A stretch of DNA of 64,000 nt from contig QPMI01000217.1 in NCBI GenBank assembly GCA_004431415.1, forward strand, positions 61,556-125,555, read 5' to 3'. Positions 58,279 through 64,000 of this stretch are shown here, in pieces (the first letter of the stretch is position 1; each line of letters opens with the position of its first letter). Under the pieces are notes generated by a model, which saw nothing but the letters and a program-made list of their open reading frames with translations, had not been told where the DNA came from and did no database searches. The position numbers and the translations under genes are program-made. This stretch comes from Cyanophora paradoxa CCMP329. Its lineage: Eukaryota; Plantae; Glaucophyta.

Positions 58279-59745
58279 GGTGCCTTCAAGGACTTCTACG
58301 ACCCGCTCGCGTGGACGCACTTCTCGGCGGAGGGATCCGTCGAGTTCCGCTCCATCCTCTTCCTCCCCGAGCGCGCCGGCTTCCAGGCCGACGAGGACTG
58401 GCTCCGCAAGAGCCACTCGATGAAGCTCTACGTGCGGCGGGTCTTCATCGCCGACGAGTTCGAGGAGCTCATGCCCCGCTACCTGAACTTCGTTCGCGGC
58501 CTCGTGGACTCGGAGGATCTGCCCCTCAACGTCTCCCGCGAGATCCTCCAGCAGAGCCGCGTCCTCCGCACCATCCGCAGCCGCCTCGTCCGCAAGGCCC
58601 TCGACATGATCAAGGAGGCGGCCGGCAAGGGGGGCGAGACGTACGACAAGTTCTGGGCGAGTTTCGGCCGCAACATCAAGCTGGGGGTCATCGAGGACTC
58701 GGAGAACCAGAAGGAGCTGATGGAGAGCCTCCGCTTCTTCTCCTCCAAGTCCAAGGAGGGGGTCACCTCGCTGGCGGACTACGTCTCGCGGATGAAGGAG
58801 GGCCAGAAGTCGATCTACTACATCGCGGGGGAGAGCGTCGCGGCGATCGAGCGGGCGCCCTTCCTCGAGCGGCTGCTGGCGCGGGACCTGGAGGTGCTGT
58901 ACTTCGTGGACCCCATCGACGAGCTCATGATGGGCCACGTCTTCGAGTACGCCGAGAAGCCCTTCGTGAACGTCACGAAGGAGGGCCTGGAGCTCGACGG
59001 CGAGGAGGAGGAGAAGAAGGAGGAGGGGGCGGACAAGGAGGAGGAGGAGTCGATGAAGGAGGTCGTCTCGTGGCTCGAGAACCACCTCAAGGGCCGCGTC
59101 CAGAAGGTCAACCTCAGCAAGCGGTCCGCCCCCCCGCGCCCCCCCCCCCGCGCCCCGACCGATCGCTCGCGGGCCCCTCGGCCCGCCCGCCCGGCTTGGC
59201 TCAGCGCCCCCGCAGGCTGGAGCAGAGCCCGGCGGTCGTCGTCACGGGCATGTTCGGCTGGTGCGCGCGCGCGCGCGGGCTCGCTGCGCCCCTGGCCTGC
59301 TGCTGCTGCGGGGGCTGACGTCGACCCCGCGCGCCAGGACGGCGAACATGGAGCGGATCATGAAGGCGCAGACCATGAACGACGGGAGCAAGCTCAAGTG
59401 CGCATGCGCCGCAGGGGGCCGTCTGCGGCCGTCTGGGGGCCCGCAGTCCTAACCCAAGCGAACAGCGGGCTGATGAACCAGAAGATTCTGGAGATCAACC
59501 CGAAGCACAGCCTCATCGCCCGCCTCGCCGACCGCATCAAGGTCCGCCCTCGCGCCCCCCCCGCCGCCCGCCGCGCCCCGGGCGCTGGGCGAGCGCGGGG
59601 CGGGGCGCAGGAGGAGCCGGAGGGGGCGGGGACGGGGGACCTGGCGGACGTCATCTTCGAGACGGCGCTGCTCATCTCCGGCTTCTCCATCGACAGCCAG
59701 GCCGAGTACGCCGCCCGCGTCTACCGCCTCCTCGAGCGCTCCTGA
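56682..59745 (+). CDS. HSP90C: Plastid-type HSP90 (HSP90C) with transit peptide, multi-exon
   Basis: MAFVTGVP... extension; [13 protein letters not shown]|[44 protein letters not shown]|[23 protein letters not shown] and LEINP. No MEEVD or KDEL end. Confidence 0.93.
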
Positions 59746-60129
59746 GCCGAGCGCTCGCCCGAGCCCGAGCTGCGCGCGGGGCCCGCTCTAGATCTCCCCT
59801 CGATCTTTCACGTACACGGAATGCGATAGCTGTAGTTGCGATCCCTTAGATAGGTGCTTTGCTTTAAAGGTAGTCTCTGATCATTTTGTTAGCGCTAGCG
59901 GGACCAATTTCAAGCGCTTAGGCGGTCCGCCTGACGTACTACGATAGTTCATTGCAATCTGACCGCGCTTCGCTGGCGCGGCGGCTTGCAATTGGATTGA
60001 ACGGGCCACACGCTAAATACTTCACGGGCCTCTAGACCTCTAGATCCGAGTTTGCTGAATAATTCACGAGCCTCTGGGCGCAACCTACGGGGGGGCTACG
60101 GGGGCATGCACGCGGGGCGGGCGGGGCCC

Positions 60130-61720
60130 TCAGCGGGCGCCCTGCTCGACGTGGTAGACCGCCCGCAGCGCGAACCGCTTCCGCGCCTGCCCCCGGCGTG
60201 AGCGGCGCGGGGGGGCGGACTCGGGAGGGGCGGGGCGGGGCGGACGGGCTGCTTGGAGCCCTCCGGGGCGCTGGGGTCGGCGGGGGCCTCGTCGGGCCCC
60301 GCGAGGCCCCGGATGTAGTCCCCCGCCTTCAGGGAGTACGACTGCGCCGAAAGTCAGGGGGGTACGCGGCCGGGGCGGGCGGGGGGCGCGGACGGAGGCG
60401 GTGCTTTCGGGGACGACAATGGCGCCCGCCGGCGGCCCGTGCACGTACCCGTACACCTGCCCCCCCGTCAGCGCGCGGGCCGGGGCGGGGCGGGGCGGGG
60501 CGGGGCGGGGCGGGGCGGGTGGGGCGGACCTGGAGGACGAGGCGGAGGCCGCCGGGCGTGTCGGCCACCAGCCCGTGCACCTGCGCGGCGGCTCGGCCCG
60601 GCGGGGCGAGGGCCGGGCGGGGGCGGGGCGGGGGCGGGCCTGCTTGGCCTCGTCGGCGCCGGCCCGAGGAACGAGTCCGTCGCGTCGTGCGGCGGCACCG
60701 GCCGCGCCGCGTGGCCCCGCGCCGTCTGCGAGCAAGCAGCTCGGGCGGGGGCCGGGGGGCGGGGAGGGCGCGACGCACGCCGACGTCGATGAGGTAGAGG
60801 TTCGGCTCGGCGGAGGGCCCGCCCTCGCCGTCCCCTCGTTGCCGGCCGCCGGCGCCGTCAGCTCGAAGCAGCCGCCCGTCACCGCGTCCCGTCCCAAGGC
60901 CGAAGCGCGCGGCCACCGCCGGCGCGACGGCCACCTGCCGCCCGTCCGACGCCTCCACCCGCAGGCCCGGCCGCCCCCACGCCCCGCTCCGCACCGTCCC
61001 GGACACCGGCCGCCCGCCGCGGCCGCGGCGCCGCTTTAGCCTCCGCCGCCTTGGGCGCCGCCACCGTGGGTCCGCCCACTCGATCAGCAGCTCCTCGTCC
61101 GCCGCCGCCTCCGCCGCCGGCCCGCGGACCCGCGGCGGCGGCGACGAGGGGGAAGGCGCTCGCGGCCGGCGGCGCGGGGCCGGCGCTCGGCACGCTCGGC
61201 ATCGTCACGGAGACGGAGGCGCTGAGGACGAACTGCGGGTCCTCCACGCGGATCCCCGACAACACCGTCACGTCCGCGCCCCTGCCCTCCGCGCTGCGGC
61301 CCGCTGCGCGAAGGAGTCGCGTCTGCGTCCGCGCACGGCGCGGGGCGGCGGGGCGGCCCGCACGCGGCGCTCGGCCTCGACGAAGAGCTCGACGCGGCGC
61401 TTGAGGTTCTGCGCCCGCTGCGCGTGCCCGTACGCGAGCACCTGCCGCGAGGGAGCTCGCCGCCGCGCCTTCGCAGCGCCGCACACGCGGAGAGGGCGGT
61501 CAGGCGACCGCCTCGAGGCACCTTGGGCGAGTCGGCGACGCGGGCGTCGCAGGAGGCCGCCTCCGCCGCCTGCAGGTAGAGGAGCGCCGCGGCGATGTGG
61601 GGCTGCACGCCAGCGACAAGGTTTCCCTGCGCCTCGCTCTCGTCGGCGCGACGCGCCGACAAGTCGCAGGCAGCGAGGTTGATCAACGGCAATCCGGTAG
61701 CCCGCTGGCGAAAAAAGCGC
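60130..61720 (-). pseudogene. Chimeric locus: NRBF2/Atg38-like 5' half joined to exons with two Rho-RNA-binding-like OB-fold segments; several frameshifts
   Basis: 61720-61035 aligns to 6893-7655. Downstream exons read VAVAPAVAARFGLGTGDAVTG and VYGYVHG..IVVPESTAS|SYSLKAGDYIRG...KRFALRAVYHVE. Confidence 0.55.
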
Positions 61721-61850
61721 CGTCATATCGTGCTATTTAGCTAAAGATCTCAACTTTCCACAGGCGCGGCCGGGCGAGGGGGCGTGCGCGGTGCACGTGC
61801 AGGTCCGTACTCCGAGGTGCGCTTGGTGTACTCGTTGCTCAATTTCGTTA

Positions 61851-62565
61851 ATGTGTCTTGACGTGTCCACCGCAGCAACTCGTGGCCCGCTGGGCATGTG
61901 CGTCTCGGACGTGTGCGAGTGGCTCCGCTCTCTCGAGTTCCATAACATCATCCTGGAGGCGGAGAATGCGCAGCTCCGCCAACGCCTCGCGGAGGCAGTG
62001 GCACAGCGGGATCTTGCGATGGCGCTGGAAGCCGAGAATGCGACGCACTGGAAGGCACTGGAAGTCAAGAATACCGATCTCTGCACGCGCCAGGCCGAGC
62101 TCGAGGGGCGGCTGGCGCTCTACGAGGGCGGGGCGGGGCCCAGCGGGCAGCAGTGGGGCGAGGCGGAGCTCGAGGCGGCGGCGGACCGACTCAAGGCGGC
62201 GGCGGGGCGGGTTGAGGAGCTGCGGATGCAGCGGCGGATCGAGGCGCTGGCTGCCGCTCTCGCTGAGGCGCGAGCAGCACCTCTCGCCGAGGAGAGGGCT
62301 TCCGCTCTTGCTGCCACATTCGAATGCCCCGTGCGTCACTTCCCCTTGCTGCTGCGGTCCAAGTTCATGCTTCCGAGTCCTGATGTGACGCTCGCTCTGC
62401 GCATCCGCGTTTCAGATCTGCTTCAAGAGAAAGGACCGGGGGGAGCGGCGGGCCCTGCATCCATGCGGCCATGTTCTTTGTGCGACCTGCACTCCGAGGG
62501 TCACTGATCGCGAGTGCCCCAAGTGCCGAGGGTCAATCACGGGATTCTCTCCGGTTTTCGATTAA
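61851..62565 (+). CDS. Coiled-coil - RING protein of the same family as the LRR-RING genes, with a SAM-like N-terminal remnant and no LRRs
   Basis: LYEG..QQWGEAELEAAA.RLKAAA.RVEELR is shared with 5490-5600. Intron 62331-62415 at ECP|IC; RING ICFKRKDRGERRALHPCGHVLCATC..ECPKC..FSPVFD*. Confidence 0.75.
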
Positions 62566-63029
62566 GCTAGCGCTCATGATCGCTTTCAATCTCTTGTAGA
62601 TTAGTGCATTCTATGATGATTCGTTTTTCCCGTTTTGTTTTGTTGCTTTCCATATATATGGATACAAATACATGTTTTCGTTTTGTCCGCGTGTGCATGC
62701 GCGCGATTGCTCGCAGGAGGCCGCGGGGGAACCGGTGCCGTACGCGTCGTGGGACCGTCCACATCCACATGCGCATGCGTGATTCCACTACAGCAACCTG
62801 CTGCGCATGCTGAAACCTGGCAGCATGAAGAATATTAATTCACGTGCCTCTGGGCGCAATGTAAATATTAAGGTTCAACAATTACCGCCCCGTCGCGCTA
62901 GGTCCGACTGGAGGGGGCACCGTCCGACTGCTCTACATGCTCTGCTCTGCGGCGCCGACCTGCCCTAGCTAGCGGCGAGCTATTATGAAGGAGCGGTGTG
63001 GAGTCGAGTCTGTCCTTGGCCCTGCAAGA

Positions 63030-64000
63030 GGGGGCAGGGCGGGGCGCTGGAGCCGGAGGGCGGGGGCGGGGCGCTGGAGCCGGAGGGCGGGGGCGGGGCG
63101 CTGGAGCCGGGCCGGGAGGCGGGGCGGGCGCTGGAGCGGGGGCGGGGGGGCGTGGAGCGGGCGGGGGGGCGCTGGAGCCGGGGGGCGGGGCGGGGCTGGA
63201 GCGGGGGGCGGGGCGGGGCGCTGGAGCGGGGGCGGGGGGGCGCGGAGCCGGGGCGGGGCGCGCTGGAGCGGGGGCGGGGCGGGCGCTGGAGCCGGAGGCG
63301 GGCGGGGCGGGCGGGGGCGGGCGGGCGCTGGAGCCGGGGCGGGGCGGGCGCTGGGCCGGGGGGGGCGGGGCGTGGAGCCGGGCGGGGGCGGGGCGCGAGG
63401 GGGGCGGGGGGCGCTGGAGCGCGGGGGGGGGCCGGGGCGGGGCGCCTGGAGCCGGGGGCGGGGGCGGGCGCGCTGGAGCCGGGGGGGGGGCGGGGCGCTG
63501 GAGGGGGCGGGGCGCTGGAGCCGGGGGCGCGGGCGCTGGGCGGGGCGCTGGAGCCGGGGAGGGCGCGGGGGCGGGGCGCTGGAGCCGGGGGCGGGGCGGG
63601 CGCTGGAGCCGGGGGCGGGCGGGCGCTGGAGCGGGGCGGGGCGGCGCTGGAGCCGGGGGGGGCGGGCCTGAGCGGGGGCGGGCGGGCTGGAGCCGGGGGC
63701 GGGGGCGGGGCGCTGGAGCGGGGGCGGGGCGGGGCGCTGGAGCCGGCGGGCGGGCGGAGCGGGGCGGGCGGCTGGAGCCGGGGGGCGGGGGCGGGCCGGA
63801 GGCGCTGGAGCCGGGGGAGCGGGGCGGCGGCGCTGGAGCCGGGGGGCGGGGCGCTGGAGCCGGGGGCGGGGGCGGGGCGCTGGAGCCGGAGGGCGGGGGC
63901 GGGGCGCTGGAGCGGACGGGCGGGCGGAGGGCGGGGCGCTGAGCCGGGGGCGGGGGCGGGCGCTGGAGCCGGGGGGCGGGGCGGGGCGCTGGAGCCGGGG
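63030..64000. repeat. G-rich minisatellite with a GGGGCGCTGGAGCCGG core, running off the window end
   Basis: Dozens of copies of GCGCTGGAGC(C)GG separated by variable G/GGGGC runs. Confidence 0.93.

Noticed and set aside
58075-59085. Long antisense and alternative-frame ORFs (also 50156-52108, 41622-43796, 413-1342 and most Arg/Pro/Gly-rich ORFs)
   Set aside because: They are shadows of real genes in very GC-rich DNA and show no independent motifs.

Overview
This is GC-rich eukaryotic nuclear DNA with many short (about 50-110 nt) introns, so most entries in the six-frame ORF track are spurious or partial and I rebuilt the genes by splicing them by eye. Two proteins have Phe-near-Met N-terminal extensions (MAFV..., MSAGFV...), and the window also holds a plastid-type sulfate-binding protein, a plastid-type HSP90 and the ciliary gene TMEM231. 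Together these suggest a flagellated alga with a primary plastid, most likely a glaucophyte such as Cyanophora (inference). Recognisable genes are Sbp, a GRAM-domain protein, an HSL-type hydrolase, eIF3j, an RluA pseudouridine synthase, PITHD1, an F-box/LRR protein, a Myb-like protein, a START-like protein, RPN2, TMEM231 and HSP90C. There is also a three-member RING family (two with LRRs) and three copies of an NRBF2/Atg38-like MIT gene. Two features stand out. The first is a BRCA1/BARD1-like gene (RING-ePHD-2xBRCT) carrying an internal GCN5-type histone acetyltransferase domain. The second, directly upstream of it, is an approximately 11-kb non-LTR retrotransposon whose polyprotein reads APE-RT-RNase H-Zn finger-Ulp1/SENP protease and which has a 174-bp non-terminal direct repeat. 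GC-AG introns are unusually frequent. Many single-base frameshifts fall in or near homopolymers and may be sequencing errors. All domain calls come from motif recognition, not database searches.
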